64,000 nucleotides of DNA from an uncultured Acidobacteriota bacterium. Its GTDB lineage: Bacteria > Acidobacteriota > Terriglobia > UBA7540. The translations under genes were made by a program, and so were the position numbers. The notes under the pieces were generated by a model, which saw only the letters and a program-made list of their open reading frames with translations, was not told where the DNA came from and did no database searches. The stretch is from positions 960,001-1,024,000 of the forward strand of contig CAWDSK010000003.1 of NCBI GenBank assembly GCA_963804995.1, read 5' to 3'. Positions 9,232-18,502 of this stretch are shown here, piece after piece. The stretch's first letter is position 1; each line of letters starts with the position of its first letter.

Positions 9232-9621
9232 GTAGCGCGGTCCCCCGCCTTTGGGGTCCGCGGCTCTTCGTTTGCCTAACCTGCAAATCTCCAAATACGG
9301 GCGGCGTCTTCGAAACAATACTTTCACTTGATTGGCATGGGAAGAACCGCAGACCTCAACGGCGGAGGTCTGCGCTACGACGTATGCGGCCTTGGCATGA
9401 TTAGCGAACGTAGCGCGGTCCCCCGCCTTTGGGGTCCGCGGCTCTTCGTTTGCCTAACCTGCAAATCTCCAAATACGGGCGGCGTCTTCGAAACAATACT
9501 TTCACTTGATTGGCATGGGAAGAACCGCAGACCTCAACGGCGGAGGTCTGCGCTACGACGTATGCGGCCTTGGCATGATTAGCAAACGTAGCGCGGTCCC
9601 CCGCCTTTGGGGTCCGCGGCT
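9232..9621. repeat. Tandem 178-bp repeat of a GTAG-type REP doublet (family A), 2 copies plus a partial third
   Basis: gtagcgcggtcccccgcctttggggtccgcgg starts at 9232, 9410 and 9588. Full copies end in gaagaaccgcagacctcaacggcggaggtctgcgctac. Confidence 0.92.
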
Positions 9622-9798
9622 GAAGACTCTATAGGAATTTCTACATGCGAACCGGATTGGATTTAGTTGTCTATCAGAACGATTCCGTCTGCCAAGGCTG
9701 CCCGATCGAAGCTTCAAAGTCATTACTCGTATTTGAAGGCCCCCTCGGGCCCCCTGGCCCACCGGGTCTTTAGCTGAAGGCTGACAACCTCCGCGGCA

Positions 9799-9870
9799 GT
9801 AGCACAGGCACTCCTGCCTGTGCGCTATGCACAGGGTGCACTCGAACACAGGCAGGAGTGCCTGTGCTAC
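9799..9870. repeat. GTAG-type REP doublet (family B)
   Basis: gtagcacaggcactcctgcctgtg...cacaggcaggagtgcctgtgctac inverted pair. Its GTAG end supplies the PadR stop codon. Confidence 0.85.
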
Positions 9871-10221
9871 CCCTCCTCCGGCCGCAAAACGCGGTTGATG
9901 GCCCGCACCAGTTCTTCCCAGCGGCTGGTCTGGTGGGCCAATTGCTTGCGGCCGGCGGGCGTCAGCCGGTAGTAGCGCGCCCGGCGATTGTTTTCCGAAG
10001 TGCCCCAGAACGAGGCGATCCATTCGCGGTCCTCCAGACGGTGCAGCGCAGGGTAAAGCGAGCCATGCTCAACTTGCAGGAACGTCTTCGGAGCGGTGTT
10101 CGATGGCGTAGGCGATGGTGTGCCCATGCGCGGGACCGAGCACCAGCGTTTGCAAAATCAGCAGGTCGAGCGTGCCCTGCAACAACTCGCCTTCCAGCGG
10201 AGGTGAACCCTTTTTTGGCAT
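9867..10221 (-). pseudogene. PadR-family transcriptional regulator (Acidobacteria-type), with a +1 frameshift
   Basis: [14 protein letters not shown]...HGHTIA and [16 protein letters not shown]...[12 protein letters not shown] are in different frames. There is one extra base at about 10079-10086, and the span is 355 nt (3n+1). Confidence 0.85.
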
Positions 10222-10227
10222 GTCGCC

Positions 10228-10256
10228 GTTATACTCCCATAGATCATCTACTTCAA
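10228..10256 (-). promoter_or_regulatory. sigma70-like promoter for a probably leaderless padR mRNA, with a palindromic putative operator
   Basis: Minus strand reads TTGAAG-17 nt-TATAAC-6 nt-ATG; the spacer contains the palindrome TAGATGATCTA. Confidence 0.6.
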
Positions 10257-10371
10257 GAGGGAAATGGCGCAAAATCTCGATTTCTTCAAGTCGGACACTA
10301 TGTCTCAATGATAAGGAAAATGACTTTAAAGAAGATTAGCCAGGGGAAACACGCGGTACTGCGCAGCGCTT

Positions 10372-10490
10372 TGGAGTGCGGTCGCAGCAGCTACCGCCTT
10401 CTGGCTTCGGTCCACCAGACGCTAAATGTGCAAGACGAGGGGAAAGCAAAGCGGTAGCTGCTGCGACCGCACTCCAAAGCGCCTTCGGCA
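10372..10490. repeat. TGGAGTGCGG-type palindromic repeat (family C); second copy at 62801-62917
   Basis: tggagtgcggtcgcagcagctaccgc...gcggtagctgctgcgaccgcactcca, followed by gcgccttcggcac in both copies. Confidence 0.82.
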
Positions 10491-10605
10491 CACCAATCAG
10501 CAAGCGGCGGAGCCGCAACCAAATTGTGCCACGGCCGACCTGCCCCGATTATGGTTTTTGAATTTATAAGTTGTAAATTGTTCCGACGCCCCGCGCGTGG
10601 AAGTA

Positions 10606-10800
10606 ACCCCTCATCCGTCCTCCTACGTCGGCCACCTTCTCCCCTGGGAGAAGGCTGGGACTTACGGTGCCTAGCCCTCTCCGCAGGGGAGAGGGTGGAC
10701 CGCGGCCAGCGTTCTTACGAGCTGGCGCGGGACGGGTGAGGGGTCAGTTCCGAGCAAAATATTCCTGCCAAAAGAAAAACAAGACTTTACAGTATTGCAT
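10606..10800. repeat. CCCTCTCCC/GGGTGAGGG palindromic repeat; related copies at 9017-9180, 13497-13566 and inside the MITE at 3462
   Basis: Shared hairpins. The 9017 and 10673 copies also share the tail ggtgaggggtcagttc.gagcaaaatattcctgcc...acagtattgc. Confidence 0.8.
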
Positions 10801-10890
10801 TGCAGGGCCCGAAAAGAAAACAAGTCAGTTATTTGCCTAAAATCTCTGCGCCTCTGCGTCTCTGCGGTAGGATGATGGCCGGCGCGCGCC

Positions 10891-12624
10891 TTAAGCAGAA
10901 CCCAACAAGCCTTTGTAACGCCCACGGGCCTCATCGATTTCCGCTGTCAGGGCCTCCACCTCACCTTTGCCATAAGTCGAAATATACTTGGGATCGGCCA
11001 GCCGGCTGACGATGTAATCGAGTACGTTTATACGTTTCTCCACAAGCTGGGGCAGCTCCTTCTGATTTCGAAAGGTCTTACCCGCGACCATAATATATAC
11101 GGGAGTAGTATGGGCCAAGGCGCCATTGTGGGACGTAACGCGCGCGGCGATCCACTGGCCGACCTCCGCCTGGAGGGAGAAATCGAGTTTCAGTTCCGCC
11201 TGGTCTGAGCTATGGGATTCGAGGGTGCGAATCACCTGGCCGTGGGAAATAATCTCCAGGGTTTTGGGTGATCCGATAGTCGCCGGCGCCCAGGCTCGCG
11301 CTCGGACTCGCAGGCGGGCATTCGCAGCAACTTTCAGTTCGTCACCCGGCATGGCGCCGTTGACGGTAAGCGTCAGCATAGGACCGTTGGTAACGAAAGC
11401 GCGCCCGGCCTTCATCGCGGCAAACCAGGCGTCAGCGGAAAATTCGTGCCCGGTGTAAACATAAGTCCGCACCTCGCCAATGGTATTCCCCCACGGCACG
11501 TCCGAGCCGGCGGAGGCGGTAAGCTTGAAACCCAGATTCAGGAAGTCGTAGTAATCCTCCAAGCCCAGAAGGCGGAACTGCAGGATCTCCAGGAAATCGA
11601 CCTTGTTGCGGACCACGTTAATCGTGGCGTCCCAGGATGCATACGTCGCCTCGCGGGAAGCGCGGTAGAGGGTTTGCGCCCAGGCGATGTGGGCATAGCC
11701 TGCCAGTCCGCCCTGGGCGTGCACTTCGTCGAACACCGCACCGTACAGGTGGTAGCGATCCGGGTGGCGGACGGGCTCTTTGATATTGAGCGCGATGGCG
11801 TGCCCCTCTTCATGAATCTCCGTGCGCGGATCTTCCTGCCCCGAAGCCAGCACATAATCCTCCTGCTGATAGCGGGAATCCTTGCCGAAACCCACTTGCT
11901 CAAAAAAGGTATCGTGCTGGTCGCCCATGCGCAGGATGTTTGAAACGTGCACATCTTCCGCGCGCGCCCAGGTCATCAGGAATTCGTTGTGTGCTGGGGT
12001 CAGGCGCACCATGTGGATATGGTCATCACCGGAATACCAGCCCAGCTTGGGCATGTCGACCCAGCGCCGCAGCAGGATCTTTCGGGCCCGGGTTTCGTTG
12101 GCAGCGATTTCAAATTCCTCGAAGACCGGGGCAAATTCAATCCCCCGGGCGACGGCAAGCCGCCACTTTCCCACGGGAAGGGTGATGGAAAAAGGCTTCG
12201 AGACAAAGTAAGTGGCCGGCTCCTGCCAAAAGGGATAGGCGGATTTCCCGGCGTAGACATAGGAGCGCGGGTCGTTGCCGGGGTAATCGCCGTTCGTGAC
12301 CCTTACCGGTCCAACGTCGCCAGGCTTCCAGGCGTAAAGGCCTTCATAGAAATCCTGATTGGTCGTAAACGGAGGGACGGTTCGGCCGTCGGGCGGCGTG
12401 CGCCACTTGCGGTCGGCAAGAAACGTAATGCACACCATGGCGGGCGTGGTTTGCTTGGTCGCATCGTCAAGAATTTCTACTTGCAGCGTGCCTACCGCTG
12501 TCGGGACAGCGCTCAACTGCTTCTCACCCAGGAGCGTGCCAGACAGGGTAACGCTGGCGGCTTTTAGAAAATCGCGACGCGTGAAATCTTTGTTAGCGGG
12601 TTTCCGGTTGTTTCTGGCACGCAT
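10891..12624 (-). CDS. Tat-exported CehA/McbA-like PHP-fold metallohydrolase
   Basis: Twin-arginine signal TRRDFLK; GWYSGDDHIH, GYAH, SAGSD and FVTNGP motifs. Confidence 0.75.
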   Translation of the reverse strand: MRARNNRKPANKDFTRRDFLKAASVTLSGTLLGEKQLSAVPTAVGTLQVEILDDATKQTTPAMVCITFLADRKWRTPPDGRTVPPFTTNQDFYEGLYAWKPGDVGPVRVTNGDYPGNDPRSYVYAGKSAYPFWQEPATYFVSKPFSITLPVGKWRLAVARGIEFAPVFEEFEIAANETRARKILLRRWVDMPKLGWYSGDDHIHMVRLTPAHNEFLMTWARAEDVHVSNILRMGDQHDTFFEQVGFGKDSRYQQEDYVLASGQEDPRTEIHEEGHAIALNIKEPVRHPDRYHLYGAVFDEVHAQGGLAGYAHIAWAQTLYRASREATYASWDATINVVRNKVDFLEILQFRLLGLEDYYDFLNLGFKLTASAGSDVPWGNTIGEVRTYVYTGHEFSADAWFAAMKAGRAFVTNGPMLTLTVNGAMPGDELKVAANARLRVRARAWAPATIGSPKTLEIISHGQVIRTLESHSSDQAELKLDFSLQAEVGQWIAARVTSHNGALAHTTPVYIMVAGKTFRNQKELPQLVEKRINVLDYIVSRLADPKYISTYGKGEVEALTAEIDEARGRYKGLLGSA

Positions 12625-12650
12625 CTTTTGCTCCTTCGCCTTGGGATTTT

Positions 12651-12780
12651 CCAGCAGGCTGCTGAAAAACCCTCTTGGTGCGAGGTAGCGGCGGGTTTAC
12701 CCCGCCATACGGCGGCGGCCTTACGCCGCCGTATGGCGGGGTAAACCCGCCGCTACGTCGTTTTCCATCAGCCTTGCTGG
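12651..12780. mobile_element. MITE-like element (AGCAGGCTGxTGAAAAAC ends) carrying a GTAG REP doublet (family D)
   Basis: ccagcaggctgctgaaaaac ... gttttccatcagccttgctgg, with internal gtagcggcgggtttaccccgcc...ggcggggtaaacccgccgctac. Homologous to 21338-21465. Confidence 0.75.
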
Positions 12781-13025
12781 ACTGGCCCGGCCGCGCAGCC
12801 GGCGCGGCATTGAGCAAGTGTAACGCGGACCGGTTCGGCAGGTCGCGGTTTTTTGTTTCAAATCCGCAAATGTTCAACGGCGGCCCCAAGCGAACGTCAC
12901 GGGTAGCCACGGTCAGTGCCTTTCCTGACCGTGGGCTTTTCTCCTGCATTATCCGTAGGCGTTGGCATGGCCATCCGGGGAAGAGCCCACGGTCAGCAAA
13001 CCACTGACCGGCTACCCGCTGTTCC

Positions 13026-13156
13026 GTAGCGCGGTCCCCCGTTTTTGGGGTCCGCGGCCTTTATCTGAAAACTCTAAACCCGGGCAGCGGTTTCTTCACC
13101 TTTGTTCAAATGACACACAAAGAACCGCAGACCTCAACGGCGGAGGTCTGCGCTAC
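13026..13156. repeat. REP doublet family A copy
   Basis: gtagcgcggtcccccg...agaaccgcagacctcaacggcggaggtctgcgctac. Confidence 0.85.
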
Positions 13157-13980
13157 GCCGCTGGTGTCCCTCACGGGCGCGTAGCCCTAATTTACCGGGC
13201 CCGAGGAGGCATCGGTACTTCGTGGCTCGAACTTCATAACATCACGGTGTCGCCGCTGCTGAAAGTCCGCCAATCTTAATGGTGGGCAACCTTTTGTGCG
13301 TGGGTTCTTCTGCGAGTTGCATCAATTGTATTTGGCCCGCGTAGTGAGGCGTAATGTGACCCCTGGTGCGCGCCCTGTGGAAAAGAAGCAGAAGAAGAAA
13401 GAGCGGGGTGTAGCGCAGCAGAGCCGCAACCAAACTAGGAGAGGCGCTGCCGGTTCCTTAGGTAGGTGCAGGTCCGCTCATCGGGTGGTGAAGCAACCCC
13501 TCACCCGTCCCGCCCCGGCCGATGAAAACGCCGGCTGCGGTCCACCCTCTCCCCTCGGAGAGGGCTATGATTTGGATTTCTATCTGCCGAGGTTGAGCAA
13601 GCAAATAACGCTGCGCAGTAAAGCCGCGCCTGCTTCGCGACTCTGAGGTGGGACTGAAGTAGGTTTGCGTGAGAGCCCGAGGCGGAGAATCTGCACGTCC
13701 AGCCGGGCGCGGGGTGAGAAGGTCGGGGTAGGCCAAGGGTGAGGAGATCGGGGTCGGAATCGCCTTCTCTCCTGCTCTAATTTTGCAGGTCTGCGACTTT
13801 GTGTCATCAAGGTGGGGCTGTCCCACATGTTACTCTCCGCGGGGCATAGCGAGCGAGGTCCCACTTAATTCCCCTACCTCAGGCGTTTTTCGCCCCCCGA
13901 TTTTGATCTCAAGTTTCGCCGCGCAAAACTGCTCCACCCCTCCCTGGTGAGAACTCAAATGTCACGGCGCGTCTGCTGAA

Positions 13981-15117
13981 TCAGGCTGCCCCCAAACGGC
14001 GGCAGACCTTGATCCACTCGCGCATGCAATAGCCCATGTAGTGGAAGTAACCGCGGGCGGCATCTGACCAAATCTGGCCGCTGAAACTCCCCACCACCTC
14101 TTCGATCGCGTGGCTCAAGGCGGTATAAGCCTCGCAGTAGGTTCTCCCTTCCAGCTTGTGCTCGCGCAACCACGGAAGGAGATCCTCCAGCACGCAGATG
14201 CAGGCGAACTCGTTCAAAGCATCCCGCAGGTAGTTATGAGAATTGCGCCGGTGGTCGGCCACAGGAGTCCCGACTCGAATGGCATGGCCCAGGCGCCGCA
14301 CGCAAGCTTGGCTGAAATATCCCGAGAAGATATCGCCGTAACGGTCGATGGGCAATCCCGCAAGCGGGTACCCCATGCGGATAAAGTAATAGCTGGGGAT
14401 GACGTCGCGGTGAAGCGCAGTATTCTGGGTGTTGATGGGTGACCAGGTCGCGTCCGCCAAGACTCGCGATTGACCGGAGAATTGCTTGGATCGCGCGGGG
14501 GCTACCAACCACGTGATGCCGTCCAGATCAGGCTCCGTGAGCCAAAGTCCGGCATTCATCCGAATCGTGGATTGAATTTTTCGTTCCTTTATCTCCGCTA
14601 CCTTATGGCGAGCCGAGTAAGGAAACCCTCGGGGATAGATCGGGCTCGCGGGTTCAATCCGCATCAGGTCGCACAGGTTGAACCAGCCGGAACCTGATTC
14701 AACGGCCTCCGCCTCAGCGGGGCCGCCACAAACCACGGAATGAGCCTGGAAGTAATCTTCCTCAGGCGCGCAGTAATTGTCGTCGTCAATAGAGATAAGG
14801 AAGTCGGCTCCTGCCTCCAGAGCCATCAGGTAACCGATGTTGCGTCGATTATCTGAATTATAAGGAATCAGGCCCTCCGGAAGACCGATGCGTCGCAAAT
14901 ACGCGTCCTGCTCATCCAGCGTGGGGCAGAGGATATCCATACCGCGCTTTTGGAGCGCAACGCAGCGCTCGTAAGCGGCGGCCGGAGTCTTCCGGTCAGG
15001 GATAACGATGACTTTGATCTGGCCCAGGCGGTCGTAAGCTTCAAAATTCGCGTAGTAGCCATCCAGCAGAGCAGGATCGTTAATCGTGGTCAGAACCAGC
15101 GTGGCGTTAGGTTTCAT
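13981..15117 (-). CDS. RGP/UDP-arabinopyranose-mutase-like (GT75/STELLO-like) glycosyltransferase-fold protein
   Basis: LTTI, VIPDRKTP, RRNIGYL, SIDDDN, YPRGFPY, GLWxxEPDLD, NTQNTA and RYGDIF motifs. ATG at 15117. Confidence 0.65.
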   Translation of the reverse strand: MKPNATLVLTTINDPALLDGYYANFEAYDRLGQIKVIVIPDRKTPAAAYERCVALQKRGMDILCPTLDEQDAYLRRIGLPEGLIPYNSDNRRNIGYLMALEAGADFLISIDDDNYCAPEEDYFQAHSVVCGGPAEAEAVESGSGWFNLCDLMRIEPASPIYPRGFPYSARHKVAEIKERKIQSTIRMNAGLWLTEPDLDGITWLVAPARSKQFSGQSRVLADATWSPINTQNTALHRDVIPSYYFIRMGYPLAGLPIDRYGDIFSGYFSQACVRRLGHAIRVGTPVADHRRNSHNYLRDALNEFACICVLEDLLPWLREHKLEGRTYCEAYTALSHAIEEVVGSFSGQIWSDAARGYFHYMGYCMREWIKVCRRLGAA

Positions 15118-15151
15118 AATCTTGGGGTGATGCCGGAAACAGCTTATCTTC

Positions 15152-15946
15152 CTAATTGAACTTCTTGAGCCCCGCCAACTCCAACAGAGAAAGCCCGACA
15201 AATTGAGGGCCGTAGACGAAGGCCCTGCGCCAAAGCCTGCGGGGTTCATGCAATACACGCCAGAACCATTCCAGGCCAGCATTGCTCACCCAGGTGGGAG
15301 GAGGATTCGATTTCCCGCAGATGAATCGAAAGGAAACGCCCACGGCAGCAATGACCGGCACTTTGAGCCTTCCCAGGTGGGCAAAAATCCACTTCTCCTG
15401 CTTGGGCAAACCCAATCCAACCCAAAGAACATCGGGATTTGCCTTGTTGATCATCTCCGTGATCTGCGCGTCTTCCTCCGTCGTAATTTCCCTAAAAGGT
15501 GGAGAATAAACTCCCGCTATTCTTAAAGAAGGAAATTGGCGCAGCAGGTTCTGCGACGTTAGGGAGAGGACCTCGTCGGTATCGCCGTAAAAGAAATTTG
15601 TGTAGCCCTGGGAATTGGCAATTCGGCAGAAGTCCAGCAGCAAGTTCGCGGCTCGAACGTGGGGGACAGGTTGAGAAACCCGCCGCGAGAGAAACCAGTT
15701 GGTAATCTTGCCATCAACCAGCGACAAGTCGGCTGATTTCAGCACCTCCATGAATTCCGCGTGTTTGTGAGCCTCCAGGATGCCATGCGAATTGGCATGA
15801 TAGATCCAGTGGCAACGGTCTCGTTGTTGAATCCACTCTTCCATGTGCTGTAAGACTTGGTGCAGGTCAGCAAGGTGGATGGGGACTCCCAAGAGTGAGC
15901 TTGATTCGATTCGACCCTTGGAGTCTTGAATACCAGACAGCGTCAT
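15152..15946 (-). CDS. WecB/TagA/CpsF family glycosyltransferase
   Basis: DLSLVDG, YSPPF, LWVGLGLPKQEKW and GLEWFWR...EPRRLWRR motifs. Confidence 0.9.
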   Translation of the reverse strand: MTLSGIQDSKGRIESSSLLGVPIHLADLHQVLQHMEEWIQQRDRCHWIYHANSHGILEAHKHAEFMEVLKSADLSLVDGKITNWFLSRRVSQPVPHVRAANLLLDFCRIANSQGYTNFFYGDTDEVLSLTSQNLLRQFPSLRIAGVYSPPFREITTEEDAQITEMINKANPDVLWVGLGLPKQEKWIFAHLGRLKVPVIAAVGVSFRFICGKSNPPPTWVSNAGLEWFWRVLHEPRRLWRRAFVYGPQFVGLSLLELAGLKKFN

Positions 15947-16659
15947 GGGTTGTCTCGGCAGGCATCGGAGTTACCGACATCTTTTTCCCGCGGCGACGGA
16001 GGAGACACTGGACCCGATGAAGCCTTAGGAGATGGTTCGTGATTGGGGTGAGATCGCCGACCCCCAGCCCAGCGCGGCACTTTCGTGGACCGGACCTCCC
16101 ACTTCCCGGTAAAGGTCACGAAGAACGAAACCAGGACCAGCTTGACATCGAGCCAGAAGCTCTGCCTCTTGATGTAGAGGAGATCGTAGCGAAGTTTCTG
16201 ACGACGCGGCAACTCACTGTGACCATAGATCTGAGCAATTCCTGTAAGCCCCGGTGTGACCGCGTGGCGCCGGTCGAATCCCGGGATTTCCAGACGAAAC
16301 TTCTTGACCAGTTCCGACCACTCCGGCCGTGGCCCCACAAAGCTCATATCGCCGCTGAAGATGCTCCAGAGCTGTGGGAGTTCGTCCATGGCGGTTGACC
16401 GCAGCATCCGGCCCACCCGCGTGATGCGCGGATCCTTTTCTGTGGCGGGGGTTACCCCCCACTTGGCGTCTGAGTCTGCCACCATCGAACGGAATTTGAT
16501 GCTCATGAACTCTTTACAATCTTTCCCCACCCTCGGCTGCCGGTAAAAGATGGGGCCCCCATCCTCCAGTTTGATAGCCACAGCGATCAAGCCCCAAAGG
16601 GGTGAAGAGGCAAGCAAGCCCAGCCCGGACAGCGAAATGTCGAAGAGTCGTTTCAGCAT
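15943..16659 (-). CDS. Priming sugar transferase (polyprenyl-phosphate glycosylphosphotransferase catalytic domain)
   Basis: KRLFDI, KFRSM, DPRITRVG, DELPQL, GDMSFVGPRP and PGLTG motifs. Confidence 0.93.
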   Translation of the reverse strand: MLKRLFDISLSGLGLLASSPLWGLIAVAIKLEDGGPIFYRQPRVGKDCKEFMSIKFRSMVADSDAKWGVTPATEKDPRITRVGRMLRSTAMDELPQLWSIFSGDMSFVGPRPEWSELVKKFRLEIPGFDRRHAVTPGLTGIAQIYGHSELPRRQKLRYDLLYIKRQSFWLDVKLVLVSFFVTFTGKWEVRSTKVPRWAGGRRSHPNHEPSPKASSGPVSPPSPREKDVGNSDACRDNP

Positions 16660-16693
16660 TTAAACCGATTCCCACCCTCAGGGCGTCATCACT

Positions 16694-17851
16694 TCAACTA
16701 GTCCCTGTACTCACCGGCAGAGTCAGCAAGCCTTTCAAAGTAGTCAGAAGGGCACGGTGATGCCAGTCGAACTTCAACTTACCATTCAAACGAACCAGCA
16801 GATCAGTTGAGCGCGCCATCTCGAAAAAATTATCAATCTGCCCGTCGGTGAAGTGGCCGGCGAGTTTCCGCGCAAAATAGCCGACTACCAACTCATTACC
16901 AAATGTCGATCGCCAGTAGCGTTCGAAATCGCCTAGAGTCCGGGAGTCGAAGCTCTTCTTGCGGAAAGCCCGAGTCGCCACCGCGGCAGCCAGTTCCGCT
17001 GAAAGCAAGCCGTAATAGATTCCCCCACCGGTGGTGGTCTTAATATGTCCCGCTGCTTCACCCGCTGCCACCACGCGGTCGGTAACACAGCGCCCCACAG
17101 GGGCCTGAGCAATACCTTTGCGATCCACCTGCAAGCCTGAAATATCGGTGTGGGGGGCAATCCTCTTGACCAATTTCGCAAAATAGGGCTCAGGGTTCTC
17201 TTCCGTCATCAGCCCCACTCTTGATTTCCCATTACCGAGTGGGATTTCCCATCCGAAAGCTCCCGGAGCCACTCCCTGGCCCACGTAGACCCGGGTGGCC
17301 CCGCCATGACCGTTAGGAGGGAGGGTTAATTCCGTCTGCAATGCCCGAAGGAACTGCCGAGGGCGCGCCAGCCCTAAGGCGCGATTCAAGGAACCATTAA
17401 CACCGGTAGTGATGATGGCCAACTGGGCTTCGAATCTGTCAGGCCCGTGATCAGCAGACTGGAAATCGATTGCCACCGAATGCTTGCCTACTTCCAGAGA
17501 GTTCACCCAACAGCCCAGTCGCACGTCAACGCCTGCAGCGGCTGCCCGCTGTCCCAAGGCACGGTTGAACTCTCCCTTGTCGATCACCTGGGCAAGAGGA
17601 GCCTCTGTGCGATGCTCCAGGATTTTTCCTCCGGGGGAAATCGCTTGAATGCACCGGATGTCCGCCAAGATGGGTTGGGTGGGAAGGCCGAAGCGCGCAA
17701 AAGCCTCATCGCCCAGAACTCCTGAGCAGATGGCCCGATCGCCAATCCGGCTCTGAGCCTCCAACAAAACGACATCCAGCCCTGCCTGGGCCAGCAAAGA
17801 CGCAGCGTGGATACCCGCCGGTCCAGCTCCGACAATGGCGACATCCCTCAA
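16694..17851 (-). CDS. Geranylgeranyl-reductase-family FAD-dependent oxidoreductase
   Basis: VGAGPAG, CSG, FGWEIP and GEAAGHIKTTTGGGIYYG motifs; TTG start after GGGAGG. Confidence 0.8.
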   Translation of the reverse strand: MRDVAIVGAGPAGIHAASLLAQAGLDVVLLEAQSRIGDRAICSGVLGDEAFARFGLPTQPILADIRCIQAISPGGKILEHRTEAPLAQVIDKGEFNRALGQRAAAAGVDVRLGCWVNSLEVGKHSVAIDFQSADHGPDRFEAQLAIITTGVNGSLNRALGLARPRQFLRALQTELTLPPNGHGGATRVYVGQGVAPGAFGWEIPLGNGKSRVGLMTEENPEPYFAKLVKRIAPHTDISGLQVDRKGIAQAPVGRCVTDRVVAAGEAAGHIKTTTGGGIYYGLLSAELAAAVATRAFRKKSFDSRTLGDFERYWRSTFGNELVVGYFARKLAGHFTDGQIDNFFEMARSTDLLVRLNGKLKFDWHHRALLTTLKGLLTLPVSTGTS

Positions 17852-17914
17852 ACGACTACCTCCCTAATCAACCCTACTCCTTGGCACCTTCCCGCAAATT
17901 CGAACCCCTCGGGG

Positions 17915-18502
17915 CTATCTGGGACGGACCACCCAATCGTAGTTTATCCCCCGATCATCAAAGGGAATCCGACCCTCATCTTCAGGGTTATAGAACCGGT
18001 CAGTGGCATAAACCAGGATCCCCGCCTCGGTCCCGACAACCTTGTACCCATGGGCGACGCCCGGCGGGATACGGAGTTTCCAGGGGCGCAGGGAGCCCAC
18101 AAACACGGTATTCAATCTGCCACAGGTCGGAGAAGACTCCCGCAGATCGCAGAGGACAACTTGAAACATTCCACTCAGCGGGGCCCACAGATCCGTCTGC
18201 TCAAAGTGGTAATGGATTGCCTTAATGACCCCGGGATACGAGATCGTAAAGGAAACCTGAATCCGGCTCCCCCTGGCAGGATCGAAATCCCTGGCGATGC
18301 CGGGTTCTCCCAACCGAAAAAGCTCGGCGAAGCTGCCCCGGTCATCTGGGAATTGCGTAAGCGCTTCAACTTCAACGCCCTGAATCAGTTGGGGCGATCG
18401 AGGGTTGGTAATTATGTCGCCACAGCTCGGCTGGGAGTGGGTCCGAATGATGAGGCGAACGTCCCCGCGTTCGGCGAGCAACTTCGAAGCCTCCGGACTC
18501 AT
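17915..18502 (-). CDS. rfbC: dTDP-4-dehydrorhamnose 3,5-epimerase-like cupin
   Basis: DDRGSFAE, AIHYH, DLRESSPT and IPPGVAHGY motifs. Confidence 0.85.
   Translation of the reverse strand: MSPEASKLLAERGDVRLIIRTHSQPSCGDIITNPRSPQLIQGVEVEALTQFPDDRGSFAELFRLGEPGIARDFDPARGSRIQVSFTISYPGVIKAIHYHFEQTDLWAPLSGMFQVVLCDLRESSPTCGRLNTVFVGSLRPWKLRIPPGVAHGYKVVGTEAGILVYATDRFYNPEDEGRIPFDDRGINYDWVVRPR

Noticed and set aside
9232..9621. CRISPR-like array
   Set aside because: The sequences between palindromes are identical rather than unique spacers, the unit is 178 bp, and no cas genes are present.
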